DNA of 62,787 nucleotides from Euryarchaeota archaeon UBA257 (GTDB lineage: Archaea > Thermoplasmatota > Poseidoniia > Poseidoniales > Thalassarchaeaceae), in assembly GCA_002498985.1 (NCBI GenBank), contig DAJO01000042.1:1-62787 (forward strand), given 5' to 3'. Of this stretch, positions 1-10,116 are shown piece by piece. The first letter of the stretch is position 1. The number at the start of each line of letters is the position of its first letter. The notes under the pieces are model-generated. The model did not search any database. It had not been told where the DNA came from and saw nothing but the letters and a program-made list of their open reading frames with translations. A program made the translations under genes and the position numbers.

Positions 1-3000
1 GAATACCGGTTTGAATCCAATTTCTGGAAGTATTGATGTTAATCTAGAAGTCAAAGAAGTATTGGGTGGGAGTGATACTATAGTTTATGCCAATGATTTC
101 GATGGAAATGAAGACAAGTCAGGTTGTAACTCATGTGCATGGGAAAAGTTCTCTTACACGGGAGAATATGAAGAAGGAGACTCTTCTTGGCACGTAGAAA
201 CAGGCTCGACTGTTGGTCAAAATGCATCAGCATGGGAAGCCGACTCTAACCCTACAAACTATTATTGGGCTGGACTCGATTATAATGGCGGTCAGAATGA
301 GTCAGATTCAGGATATTACAATCATCAAGACGAAGCAGTAATTCTCCAGAACGTTGATTTGACAGGAGCAGATGCTGCATACCTTGACATGTGGGCAATG
401 TGCAGCGCTTCTTTCTTCCAACTATATCTAGCAGAACAGTTTGATGTTGTTGAACGTTGGTTGTATGAAGATTCATGCAGTATCGAAGTATGGAGTGATG
501 GAAGTGGTTGGGAACAAGTTTTCTTCGCTGGAGGATGGGACACTGATCGTTATTTCCGTCTCCTGTATCAGGGTGTAGACCCAGAATACAATACTTACAA
601 TGGTGACATTTCCAGTGAGACTCTAACCGGCTGGCTCAATTTCACAGAGGAAGGCTCAGAATCTCCCGACCAAGAGAAAATTAATTCAATTGATTTGACT
701 CCTTACGCTGGCCAAGTAATCGATATCAGATTCAGATTTAGAAGCGGCCTAATGGGCTCAGTAGGTCCAGATGGGGCATCTTATGATACAGGATTAGATG
801 GGTTTGCATTTGATAATATATCCATTAGAAAGAGAGATGTCAATTTTGGAACTGAAGCTTTAGTTAGTCAGGAATTATCGTTCACAAATTTGGGAGCAGG
901 TGCTGTACGTGAAGTATCTTTAACGTCTAACTTCATAGATAATAAGACATATTATATCTCCACTTCTGTAGAAAATCCTTCAGGATTTGATAATGCAGAT
1001 GCCACAAATGATGAGGTTAAATTCCAGCTTACTGTGGACAACCTTTACGACCCAGGAATTGCCGAAGAGGCTTGGGTTGATTTAGAAAACGGAGTAAGGT
1101 ATGCCTCCGGCCCTAGAGACATTAATGTAAAGGTCCAAAATTATGGAAATACCGTTACGGATTTCCAAGTTGAGGCTAAGGTCAGAAATGCATTACCTGA
1201 TTTAGTAGCAATTGAAGATTTCACATTCGGAAATTCAGAGAACCAAATCTGGGAAGATGATGGAAATGAAAACGGTAGTCGTATCGATGATTCAGCAGGC
1301 TCCAATGGGATGCTACCTCAAAATCAAGGAGTATTCAATAATCATGCTTACTGGCTCGGTCATCCTGACACAGGATATGGTGATAACTGGAATGAGACAT
1401 TGACAATTCCAGATATCCCTGTCGGTGCAGAGGGTGCAGATTTTACCTATCTAACCTTTGATTACTTTGCTGAAGGTGATTACTTGAAGGACAGTAATGG
1501 CAACATTCTAGCAATCAGAGATGCTGCCCAATTAGAAGTTTCATGGACTAAAAACGGAGAAAATTTCAATGGAATTATCTTTGGTAGTTGGACTGATCTG
1601 AATGAAAATGGTCCCCGGCCATTCGATAGCTGTGAAGATTTCGATGGTAATGGCTATGACGAAGTTGAGTACTTTGGTGATTTTTCAGATAAGTATAATT
1701 CAGTGGTCTGGTTCGATTCTGAACAAATTGTCAAATCTGTAACTGTAGATATGTCTAATATTTTCTTACAAAATCAGACTAGTGAAAATACTTTTGAGTG
1801 GGGAGATGAATGTACCTCATTATCAGGTTCTGATGTTACTTTAACATGGAGATTCTTATCTAATGATGATGGAGTAAATGGTAATGCAGGTTCCGCTGGG
1901 TTTGCTATTGACAATATAAGAATTGAAGAATTTACTTTCGAGGACGATGGAACATATACCATTGATGTCAATGGAATGGATGCTTCAGAGAAGCAAGTAG
2001 TAACAATTGCAAATCATGATTTCCAGAGTGGTATTTATAGAATCGATGTGAAGACATTATTCGACAATACCGATCCATTACAAAAATGGTATAATGAATC
2101 TGAAGCCAATTTAGCTAACAATTATACTACAATTATGTTTAGTATTGCAAGTGCTGATATCACTCTAATGCAACCTGATATTCTTGATTGTACTACAGAC
2201 ATCACTTATGCTTGTGTGTATACAACAAATAAGGATGAATTTGGTGTCTATGGTTCTTCTTCACATGACTTTGTGTTGCCATTATTAAATGGAGTAATAG
2301 AAGCAGAGTATGAATTAACAATGAGGATTATTGATGAAGATACCGGGCAAACAGTTTACGAAGAAAACTCAGATAATGGACCATTTGATTTAGTTCCTCA
2401 TGAACGTTCATGGGCGAATTGGACTGCTCCTTATTCATCATGGTATGATGGCCATACTTACAATATTAGTTTCTTTGCTAATTTTACACAAGACGGTAAC
2501 AGTTCTGGAAATGAGCGTTTCTTCGTAATACAGTTTTATGATCAAATAGATGTCGCTATCCTTTCCAATCCTACTGATCAGAATCGTTTGCAGCAGGTAA
2601 AGAATGATTTAGATGCAATGAACTTGACTTACACACAGTTGAGAGTTAGTGATTGGGACACTTATGCTACTCCTGATTGGATAGAGCATTATAACAAAGT
2701 TCTACTTCCTTGGCAGACTGATTATAATGTAGTTTATGGCGACTATTATGAGATTATGGATACAACAAGAGAAACTGATGGTCTCAGTGTAGTCGATGTG
2801 CTCGAAAATTTCATGGTTGAAGGGGGAACTGTTCAGATGCACTTGGGCCCTTACCAAAACGAATATGACCCAGGTAGATTAATTTTTGATATGGCGATTA
2901 AAGACAGAAACCAATATAATTTCACTACAGATAATAGGATAAATTATGATGATCTCTCTATCGATGACCCTTATCATCCGATTTTGAAAGGTATCGATAA

Positions 3001-4837
3001 GGTTACTTTCTCAGGAATCCATGCGGGAGACTATGTGGCTATATCTGGTATAGATGTAGCTTCTCAAGTTCAAGCAAACCAAATTCCTGCTACCTGTGGG
3101 GGGCGAATCAGTGTGACTGGAGGAACTTTCCACACACTTATGAGAGATACGGTACAAGGACATTCTTTGATGTCAGTATGTAACAAGGGAGCTGGTGGAT
3201 TAATTGTGACTACCGTTGATGTAGAGAACCCTAGTGTGTCGGAGTCATTCGGTGGGGAAAATATACCACTGTTATCCAACATGTTATCCTACCATCTAAC
3301 TCCTTACCCATTAGATTTCGGTATTGCAGGTACTGATTTCGAGTTAATAATTAATGATGAAGCAGTAGATATTAATCCTACAACAGGGGCTTATCGTGAT
3401 AAATATATCAAGAGTAATGCGGATCTTGAATTTACTTACACTTCAGAAGTTGAGGGACTTATTGCAGATTGGGATCTTGAATCTGGAAATAATGATTCAG
3501 TTACAGGATGGGATGGTGCTGTACTAGACGCGGGTCTAGTAAGTCATTCTAACCAAGTCAGTCCATCAATTCCGACTATGGGCTCATTCTGTGCAGTGGG
3601 CGAAGATAATGAGCCATGTAGAATTGGTGCAGAGTGGTTACTTACTCTATACTTGCATGATGATGCAGGCCATACCAGGATTACATATATTCGTTTAATC
3701 ACTAATGATACTCTAGCAGATGATTTCTACCCAATTTCTGCAGCAACTATTGTTCATGATGAAGATACTTCTGAATATATTACTAGAGATGGTACAAAGC
3801 CTATTGCGGGTGTTGATTGGCCAGTTTACAGAGTGAGATTGTCAGATACAGGCGAAACTACTGTTAAGTTCACTGGTGAGAATAGTACTGATCCAGATGC
3901 TCCTAATGGCGAAACAGGTATCGCTCTATACGAATGGAGAGTGATTAATGATATGCCAGTAGGTGAATTTAGTGATGAGCAACATGTCTGGCAGAACCCA
4001 GCAGCAGTTACTGATGAATGGAGTTATACTTTCCGAAATATCACTGCAAGCCCAACAATTGAAAAAGATGTACGTGTAGAATTAGTCGTTTATGATAAAG
4101 CTGGAAAACAAACTCAGAACAAGTATCGTATGTATTTCATTGTTGTAGGAGAGAATGACGGGGATGAAGAACCAGCATGGGTTTTCTCATCTCCTCGTCC
4201 TAGTGATTCACAGTCAGGTGACGATGTAACAATCGTCGGTAGTATTCTAGGTGGTGCAGAGAACAGCGATGTGAAGATTGAGGTTTCATTAGACCCTCTT
4301 ATTCTAGATTATACGCCTACTCAGAAAATCACACAAAAAACAATTGGTAAATATAATGTTTCAGATAGTCTAGGCGATGGTAGTGGTTTCTCAATGACAT
4401 TGGATATATCTGATTTATATTCAATCAGCGGTCAACAAGCAACACTATATTTCAGAATTACAGAAGGTGACGGAACTAGGTATACCTTGACTGAACAAAT
4501 TGTAATTAATTTGCTTCCAAAGGATATTTGTGAAATAGATCCTGATGATTCTAGCTGTGCTTCTAGTGAGAGTGGAGGGATTAGTCCAATCATTCTCGGA
4601 GTCGGAGGGTTCATAGCAATATTAGCAATTGTTGGAGTTACATTGTTACTAAGATCAGGAAGCGGTAAAGATTCTGATTCTGATGTAGTTGAACAATTCG
4701 GTGGAGTTGAGCAAATGGATCCTGTTGAAGCATATGTTCAACAGATGGTTGCATCGGGTTATGATGAGCAAACTGCCAGACAGTATGCTGAACAATACTA
4801 TGCCTCTTATTATGCCCAACAAAATGGTAAGAATTGA
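1..4837 (+). CDS. Very large acidic cell-surface protein, 5'-truncated by the window; two MAM/cleaved-adhesin-like beta-domain repeats, C-terminal TM helix and cytoplasmic tail
   Basis: Frame is open from the window edge. Repeated YWxG..GY.N..E..GAD..YL and RF.S..G..GFA(F/I)DNI.I blocks; hydrophobic IILGVGGFIAILAIVGVTLLL near the C-terminus. Confidence 0.75.
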   Translation, partial: NTGLNPISGSIDVNLEVKEVLGGSDTIVYANDFDGNEDKSGCNSCAWEKFSYTGEYEEGDSSWHVETGSTVGQNASAWEADSNPTNYYWAGLDYNGGQNESDSGYYNHQDEAVILQNVDLTGADAAYLDMWAMCSASFFQLYLAEQFDVVERWLYEDSCSIEVWSDGSGWEQVFFAGGWDTDRYFRLLYQGVDPEYNTYNGDISSETLTGWLNFTEEGSESPDQEKINSIDLTPYAGQVIDIRFRFRSGLMGSVGPDGASYDTGLDGFAFDNISIRKRDVNFGTEALVSQELSFTNLGAGAVREVSLTSNFIDNKTYYISTSVENPSGFDNADATNDEVKFQLTVDNLYDPGIAEEAWVDLENGVRYASGPRDINVKVQNYGNTVTDFQVEAKVRNALPDLVAIEDFTFGNSENQIWEDDGNENGSRIDDSAGSNGMLPQNQGVFNNHAYWLGHPDTGYGDNWNETLTIPDIPVGAEGADFTYLTFDYFAEGDYLKDSNGNILAIRDAAQLEVSWTKNGENFNGIIFGSWTDLNENGPRPFDSCEDFDGNGYDEVEYFGDFSDKYNSVVWFDSEQIVKSVTVDMSNIFLQNQTSENTFEWGDECTSLSGSDVTLTWRFLSNDDGVNGNAGSAGFAIDNIRIEEFTFEDDGTYTIDVNGMDASEKQVVTIANHDFQSGIYRIDVKTLFDNTDPLQKWYNESEANLANNYTTIMFSIASADITLMQPDILDCTTDITYACVYTTNKDEFGVYGSSSHDFVLPLLNGVIEAEYELTMRIIDEDTGQTVYEENSDNGPFDLVPHERSWANWTAPYSSWYDGHTYNISFFANFTQDGNSSGNERFFVIQFYDQIDVAILSNPTDQNRLQQVKNDLDAMNLTYTQLRVSDWDTYATPDWIEHYNKVLLPWQTDYNVVYGDYYEIMDTTRETDGLSVVDVLENFMVEGGTVQMHLGPYQNEYDPGRLIFDMAIKDRNQYNFTTDNRINYDDLSIDDPYHPILKGIDKVTFSGIHAGDYVAISGIDVASQVQANQIPATCGGRISVTGGTFHTLMRDTVQGHSLMSVCNKGAGGLIVTTVDVENPSVSESFGGENIPLLSNMLSYHLTPYPLDFGIAGTDFELIINDEAVDINPTTGAYRDKYIKSNADLEFTYTSEVEGLIADWDLESGNNDSVTGWDGAVLDAGLVSHSNQVSPSIPTMGSFCAVGEDNEPCRIGAEWLLTLYLHDDAGHTRITYIRLITNDTLADDFYPISAATIVHDEDTSEYITRDGTKPIAGVDWPVYRVRLSDTGETTVKFTGENSTDPDAPNGETGIALYEWRVINDMPVGEFSDEQHVWQNPAAVTDEWSYTFRNITASPTIEKDVRVELVVYDKAGKQTQNKYRMYFIVVGENDGDEEPAWVFSSPRPSDSQSGDDVTIVGSILGGAENSDVKIEVSLDPLILDYTPTQKITQKTIGKYNVSDSLGDGSGFSMTLDISDLYSISGQQATLYFRITEGDGTRYTLTEQIVINLLPKDICEIDPDDSSCASSESGGISPIILGVGGFIAILAIVGVTLLLRSGSGKDSDSDVVEQFGGVEQMDPVEAYVQQMVASGYDEQTARQYAEQYYASYYAQQNGKN

Positions 4838-4907
4838 CGTAGATACGGTTCTATAGTGGGGTGCGCTAAAACGTACCTTGAATAACACCTTGCGGATGCA
4901 TTGTATC

Positions 4908-6173
4908 ATGGATACATCCGGTTTGTACACTGTTGCAGATATTTCCTTAGCCGATGCTGGAGAAAAAAGAGTTGCCTGGGCAAGAAGTAGAATGCCTGCT
5001 TTGGCCGCATTAAGGAAAAAGGCCGAAGTCGAAAAACCTCTTGCTGGACAAAGAGTCTCTGGATGCTTACATGTAACTAAAGAAACTGCAATTCTCATTG
5101 AAACTATTGTAGCAGCAGGAGCAGAAATTTCATGGTCTGGTTGTAATCCATTATCTACACAAGACGATGTAGCAGCTTGGTTAGCCAGAGAAGGTTATGG
5201 AGTTCATGCATGGTATGGTCAAGATAATCAAGGATTTTATGACTGCATAGATCGTACATTGGATTTCAAACCAACTTTAACTCTTGATGATGGAGCGGAT
5301 TTAATTTACAGAGTTCATAGTGAGTTCCCAGAATTATCTAGTGGGATTATAGGTGGTACAGAGGAAACAACGACCGGAGTACATAGACTCAGAGCCATGG
5401 CAGACGCGGGGGAATTATTGTATCCAGTTATTGCAGTAAATGATGCGGAAACTAAATGGGATTTTGACAATGTACATGGTACAGGTCAGTCTACGATTGA
5501 TGGTATTATTAGAGCAACCAGTGTATTATTGGCTGGAAAAGTGTTCGTTGTAGCAGGGTATGGTCATTGCGGTAGAGGATTAGCGATTAGAGCACGTGGA
5601 TTAGGAGCGAATGTAGTGGTTACTGAAATAGACCCTATTTGTGCATTGAAAGCTACAATGGATGGATTCAGGGTCATGAAAATGGATGAAGCAGCCCTGA
5701 TTGGTGATATATTTTGTACAGCAACAGGAATGAAAGATGTAATTATTGGTCGACATTTTGATTCAATGAAAGAAGGAGCTATAATTAGCAACACAGGTCA
5801 CTATGATTGCGAAATAAATATTCCTGATTTAGAGAGTCGTGCAAAGGAAGTATATACAGTCCGAGATAATAATGAAGCATTCCTATTGAAAGATGGACGA
5901 ACTATTCACTTACTAGCAAGAGGGCGTTTAGTTAATCTTGCTGCTGCAGAAGGGCATCCGAGTGAAGTTATGGATATGTCATTTGCAAATCAATTTCTTG
6001 CTTTGTGCAGATTAGCCAAGGAGGGAAAATCTTATTCTAACTCTGTTTATGATATTAGTAAAGAACAAGATAGTGAATTAGCATCTTTGAAGTTATCAAC
6101 TACTGGAATTTCCATTGATTCATTAACCGATGAGCAAATCAAGTACTCCACCGATTATAGTGCAGGAACATAA
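4908..6173 (+). CDS. ahcY: S-adenosylhomocysteine hydrolase
   Basis: Motifs GCLHVT, GCNPLSTQD, LDDGAD, EETTTG, GYGHCGRG, GRLVNLAAAEGHPSEVMDMSFANQ. Start moved to ATG 4908 (track gives TTG 4878). Confidence 0.97.
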   Translation: MDTSGLYTVADISLADAGEKRVAWARSRMPALAALRKKAEVEKPLAGQRVSGCLHVTKETAILIETIVAAGAEISWSGCNPLSTQDDVAAWLAREGYGVHAWYGQDNQGFYDCIDRTLDFKPTLTLDDGADLIYRVHSEFPELSSGIIGGTEETTTGVHRLRAMADAGELLYPVIAVNDAETKWDFDNVHGTGQSTIDGIIRATSVLLAGKVFVVAGYGHCGRGLAIRARGLGANVVVTEIDPICALKATMDGFRVMKMDEAALIGDIFCTATGMKDVIIGRHFDSMKEGAIISNTGHYDCEINIPDLESRAKEVYTVRDNNEAFLLKDGRTIHLLARGRLVNLAAAEGHPSEVMDMSFANQFLALCRLAKEGKSYSNSVYDISKEQDSELASLKLSTTGISIDSLTDEQIKYSTDYSAGT

Positions 6174-6189
6174 TTGAGCGTTTTCTCAA

Positions 6190-7173
6190 TCACCATTCTG
6201 GCAAATTAATTTGAAATTTAGATCCAATTTTTTCTTCGGAGCCAATAATTATTTCTAGCCTCTCAGTAACTGCTGGGCTTCTATTTTTGAGCATTGCATT
6301 ATACACTACGCTTCCTCTTATTGATTCCGGAATACATAATTTCCCAGAAGAAGTCTCGTAATCAATTGCTCTGTCAACATCTAATGCATGTCGATTTCTT
6401 GATTGTAATAGCCCCATTGATAATCTAGTAAGTATTCCAAAGGCTGCTAATATCAAGAGAAAAACTAGTACGAAGCCAAACATTGTCCCTCCTAAAAGAG
6501 TCATAGCAAAACTCCCAAATATGAATACAATCGGTGCTATGAAAGCAATTAACCAGAAAGTTGAAGATAATGGCTTCACTTTTTTCATTTTTTCAATTAT
6601 TTCCCATCTAGGATGATTTGGATCTTGTGGCTTAAAAATTTCTTCCCTTTCCATTTTTGCGGCTCTGTCTACCATCCCCTTCACTCCTTGCATCCTCATA
6701 GCTTGCTGATTTGTTGGTTCTTCCATCCCTTCATCGTGCAATTCCGCAAGTCTTTCAGCACATTTTTCGTACAAACCCAATCTAACTAAAATTGCTATTT
6801 GTTCTAGAATTGGGGTCACATTATTTGGATATTGAATTCGACAATCTTCCCACCAGTGTAGAGCATCTTCGAGCATTCCCAAATGATCTAGAAGGATTCT
6901 CCCCCCTATAATCCATGCTTCTAAATTTTCAGGTTCGTATAGAACTACTTTCCTTAGAGCAGACATTGATTTCGCTGATTGTTGTAATGATGGTTCGATT
7001 GGCTTCCCTCTTGTTGGCGGTGGAAGTGACCATGTAGCAATGGCCATCCAGGCTTCAGTATTTTTTTCATCGATAAATACTACTTCTTTGGCCAATCTTA
7101 TAGCATCATCGAAGTCTCCATTTTCTCTTGAATCTAATGCGTCAAGCCAAATCTCTTCCGCGCTCTTCGCCAT
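6190..7173 (-). CDS. TPR-like repeat membrane protein
   Basis: Helical TPR-like segments (DEKNTEAW, EPENLEAW, YPNNVTP) followed by two TM helices. Confidence 0.65.
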   Translation of the reverse strand: MAKSAEEIWLDALDSRENGDFDDAIRLAKEVVFIDEKNTEAWMAIATWSLPPPTRGKPIEPSLQQSAKSMSALRKVVLYEPENLEAWIIGGRILLDHLGMLEDALHWWEDCRIQYPNNVTPILEQIAILVRLGLYEKCAERLAELHDEGMEEPTNQQAMRMQGVKGMVDRAAKMEREEIFKPQDPNHPRWEIIEKMKKVKPLSSTFWLIAFIAPIVFIFGSFAMTLLGGTMFGFVLVFLLILAAFGILTRLSMGLLQSRNRHALDVDRAIDYETSSGKLCIPESIRGSVVYNAMLKNRSPAVTERLEIIIGSEEKIGSKFQINLPEW

Positions 7174-7236
7174 AAACTCCGGTAACCGTTCTAAGAAATT
7201 AATCCTCGGGTATGAGATGTTCTTTTTAATATTGAA

Positions 7237-7986
7237 TTATCTTCTGGAATTAAATCTTTTACCATTTCTAGAATTGTTACTTTGTCTACCATTCCCACTC
7301 CTAGGTTTCGACTGTCGATTCGTTTGTCTTCTTGTTGTATTTCTACCACTACTTCTACCATCGCTTCTTCGATCGGGTCTTCTAGCTCTAGCAGGGGTAT
7401 TCCTTCTACCTTTATTTTCTCCAGGGCTACCTGGTTTCCTTACATCACAATTAGAACGATTACAGAAATTTTTACTTGCATAATTATGGTTTTTACACTT
7501 CGGACATATCCAATCTCCGGGTTTCATATTAGGCTCGTCATTTCTATCGTTACTTCTTCCATTACTCCTTTCATTTCTTCGATGATTATTCCTAGGTTTT
7601 TTCTCATTACAGTCAGAACGATTACAAACTTGTTTGTTGGCATAATTATGATTCTTACATTTTGGGCACATCCAGTCGCCCGGTTTTAAATTACTATTCC
7701 TGTCTGAATTTTTCCTTCTATTTCTATCTCTATCATTTCTAGGTCTTCGATCTCTCGGAGCAATTTCTACAGGTGAACCTATTGTATTCTCCAAGACCAA
7801 ATTTTCTGCTAAAGGCTTAATGTGAATATAGGCATTGTTTACAGGTCCAATTACTGAATCAACCCTTCCTAAGAACTTCCCCCCTACTATCCTGATTCCT
7901 GTATATAGGCCAGGTGCTCTACCTTCAAAGGATACGAGTAACCCACCTTCATGGGATTCTCGACTGACGCTCCCGGAGAAACTCAT
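7237..7986 (-). CDS. gar1: Gar1/Naf1-family H/ACA RNP protein fused to two RanBP2-type zinc fingers and Arg/Asn-rich low-complexity regions
   Basis: GRVDSVIGPVNNAYIHIKP resembles the archaeal Gar1 core G.V..VFGPV..PY..IKP; two KPGDW(M/I)CPKCKNHNYA.K..CNRS.C repeats. Confidence 0.75.
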   Translation of the reverse strand: MSFSGSVSRESHEGGLLVSFEGRAPGLYTGIRIVGGKFLGRVDSVIGPVNNAYIHIKPLAENLVLENTIGSPVEIAPRDRRPRNDRDRNRRKNSDRNSNLKPGDWMCPKCKNHNYANKQVCNRSDCNEKKPRNNHRRNERSNGRSNDRNDEPNMKPGDWICPKCKNHNYASKNFCNRSNCDVRKPGSPGENKGRRNTPARARRPDRRSDGRSSGRNTTRRQTNRQSKPRSGNGRQSNNSRNGKRFNSRR

Positions 7987-7989
7987 GTA

Positions 7990-10011
7990 CTAATCGCGGC
8001 GGGTTGAGTATATGAGACCGATAGTTAATGACAAGATTGTCAAGAACATACTGAAACCAGGTAATAATCCTGATTCAGAGTCATCATCAGGAGTAATAGG
8101 ATCAATTATTTGAGATTCAAATAAATGACTATTATTTACCATAATTATTACCTCATTACATTTGGAAGAAACGTCACAACCAATAACTTTCACTTCGTGT
8201 TCTCCTTCATCCCATAATCCGAAATTTATCATTGGAGTACTCCATGAGTTACCGGAAACCGAAATGCTTCCGGCAGATAATCCATCAACCGATAGAGAAA
8301 ATTGTACATCTTCACCATCTGGATCACTAAATTGTCCTTGCGCCTGCCAAATATCCATCTCCCAACCGTACTCTGTTACACTAATCATTGGTGGAGAACT
8401 CTCTTTAGTTATGCCCAATGAAAATATTTTTTCTGTAGAGTATAAGTCGTCCCCGTTAATCTCTATCCATAAATCAACCAAACCCGGAATCATTCCATTG
8501 GAGCTAATTAACATGGTTTCATCAGAAGAAATAGTTAACGATTCAATATTTGCCGAATTGATATTTTGAGATTGTGTAAAAGCATATTGTATTGTCATTT
8601 CTGGCCAATTTTCATTGAATTGTAAAGAAACTGGATGTGGATCCAATAAAATTTCAGATGATGTTGTTAGAGAAATTGGGACGCCTAAGTTCCAAGTTCT
8701 AATCCCTGAACTTTGCCCTAAGTCGTCAATCGCTTCACACATCACTTGCGTGTCTTGACCAAAAGTTATTGTTCCAGAAAAAGACCTATCAGATAATTGA
8801 TTAATATTTGTCGAAGAGTCTGAACTACAATTTATCTCTAATTGCGAAATAGGTTTCTCATCATTAAACCATGATGAAACACTATTCCAATTTGCCCAAA
8901 CAATCTGGCCACTTTCTAATGAAGCGAACCAAGTACCATCATCCGGGGCATTTTCCGACCAAGATGGAGGGTTATTTATTGGGACCGGTGCAGTAGTAAA
9001 ATCTACAAAAATATCTTCACCACTAGGCCAAAAATCTCTACTCCTATGAGGCATTAATATGAATTTAGTCCCTTCATCTTCAGTATTTTCAAAAATATAA
9101 TTTGAAGAATCATCTCCTATACAAGTCCCCCTCAAGGGTGCGTCATCATGAGTAGATGGCTCAAACTCTACATCTCTCCCTTCACATTCTTCCCACATAT
9201 CTAATCTCAAATCTGGGTTATTAGGGAAAGTAAAATCTAATACAGCATTGGTCATATTAGATGCATTAAATGCTAGAGTAAACTCATCTCCGTCATCAAT
9301 ACTAGGAATTACCATTGTGGCATTCATCCACAATTCAAGTCTGCACTCATCAACTCCTTCAGATGCATCAATAAGTGTGTTACAGTCTCTTTCAGAGTTA
9401 GGGAATACTGGTACTTCTAAACAATCACTACCAGAACCAATTGCAGTACAATCTCTAATATCTGCATGATTAGATGGAACCAAATTCCATTCTTGAATAA
9501 TAACACCATTATCTTGCCAAGTAGCATTCTTCCAGTCAAGGCCCACCCCTCCTCTATGGGGCGTAGATTCTCTCAAACCAATCCTAGTCATTGCATATTC
9601 AATACATTCAGATGCTACAGCCTCAACTGCTGATTTTTCATCAGTAGAGATCCAACCATCTCCTCCACTAGGATAAAGTTCTTCTAAGTAAGAATCAAGT
9701 TTTTCTCTCAATAAATCTACGCTGGTGCCATTTATCCATGCCCGGGCCTTTACTTCAGCCGAGTCCCAGTCATCGTCGACTACGATATCGAAATGTGCAT
9801 GAGTGTAAGGTAGAATATCTTCGAAAGTAATAGAACTGCATCTTTCTTCAAGACTTCCTCCTCCACCCAATTGATTAAAGACAACTTCCTCATCTTCTAA
9901 TGATAAATATGATTTTTCACCAGGAATAGTCACTGTTAACACCATTAGTGCTGTAATTATCAACGCCAGATACTGCTTACCTACAAACTTCACAACACTC
10001 GACATGGGCAT
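7990..10011 (-). CDS. Secreted acidic surface protein with PGF-CTERM-like sorting signal
   Basis: N-terminal hydrophobic signal; C-terminus LPGFSMFLTILSLTIGLIYSTRRD = PGF + TM helix + basic residues. Confidence 0.7.
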   Translation of the reverse strand: MPMSSVVKFVGKQYLALIITALMVLTVTIPGEKSYLSLEDEEVVFNQLGGGGSLEERCSSITFEDILPYTHAHFDIVVDDDWDSAEVKARAWINGTSVDLLREKLDSYLEELYPSGGDGWISTDEKSAVEAVASECIEYAMTRIGLRESTPHRGGVGLDWKNATWQDNGVIIQEWNLVPSNHADIRDCTAIGSGSDCLEVPVFPNSERDCNTLIDASEGVDECRLELWMNATMVIPSIDDGDEFTLAFNASNMTNAVLDFTFPNNPDLRLDMWEECEGRDVEFEPSTHDDAPLRGTCIGDDSSNYIFENTEDEGTKFILMPHRSRDFWPSGEDIFVDFTTAPVPINNPPSWSENAPDDGTWFASLESGQIVWANWNSVSSWFNDEKPISQLEINCSSDSSTNINQLSDRSFSGTITFGQDTQVMCEAIDDLGQSSGIRTWNLGVPISLTTSSEILLDPHPVSLQFNENWPEMTIQYAFTQSQNINSANIESLTISSDETMLISSNGMIPGLVDLWIEINGDDLYSTEKIFSLGITKESSPPMISVTEYGWEMDIWQAQGQFSDPDGEDVQFSLSVDGLSAGSISVSGNSWSTPMINFGLWDEGEHEVKVIGCDVSSKCNEVIIMVNNSHLFESQIIDPITPDDDSESGLLPGFSMFLTILSLTIGLIYSTRRD

Positions 10012-10045
10012 TCCGTCATGATTCTATCGATTATCTATAATTAGA

Positions 10046-10061
10046 TTTAGGTTAGCCTAAA
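10046..10061. promoter_or_regulatory. DtxR/MntR/SirR-family operator 1 (TTTAGGTTAGCCTAAA)
   Basis: Inverted repeat TTTAGG-N4-CCTAAA matching the DtxR-family core TTAGGTTAGCCTAA; abuts a TATA box. Confidence 0.8.
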
Positions 10062-10062
10062 A

Positions 10063-10069
10063 TTATATA
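10063..10069 (+). promoter_or_regulatory. TATA box of the transferrin-like ABC operon
   Basis: TTATATA between the two operators; GGTGA RBS at 10108-10112 before ATG 10117. Confidence 0.6.
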
Positions 10070-10088
10070 CTAGACCTACTTCGGAAGA

Positions 10089-10104
10089 TTTAGGTATGCC
10101 TAAA
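10089..10104. promoter_or_regulatory. DtxR/MntR/SirR-family operator 2 (TTTAGGTATGCCTAAA)
   Basis: Same arms and flanks (AGATTTAGG....CCTAAAA) as operator 1, 43 bp downstream, over the expected transcription start. Confidence 0.8.
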
Positions 10105-10116
10105 AATGGTGATTTG

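Noticed and set aside
4655-5098. 147-aa minus-strand ORF, and the many other short track ORFs nested in or antisense to called genes
   Set aside because: They overlap well-supported genes and have no motifs or start signals.
7040-7689. Plus-strand ORFs 7040-7483 and 7282-7689 with hydrophobic repeats
   Set aside because: Antisense readings of the Arg/Asn-rich repeats of the Gar1 fusion.
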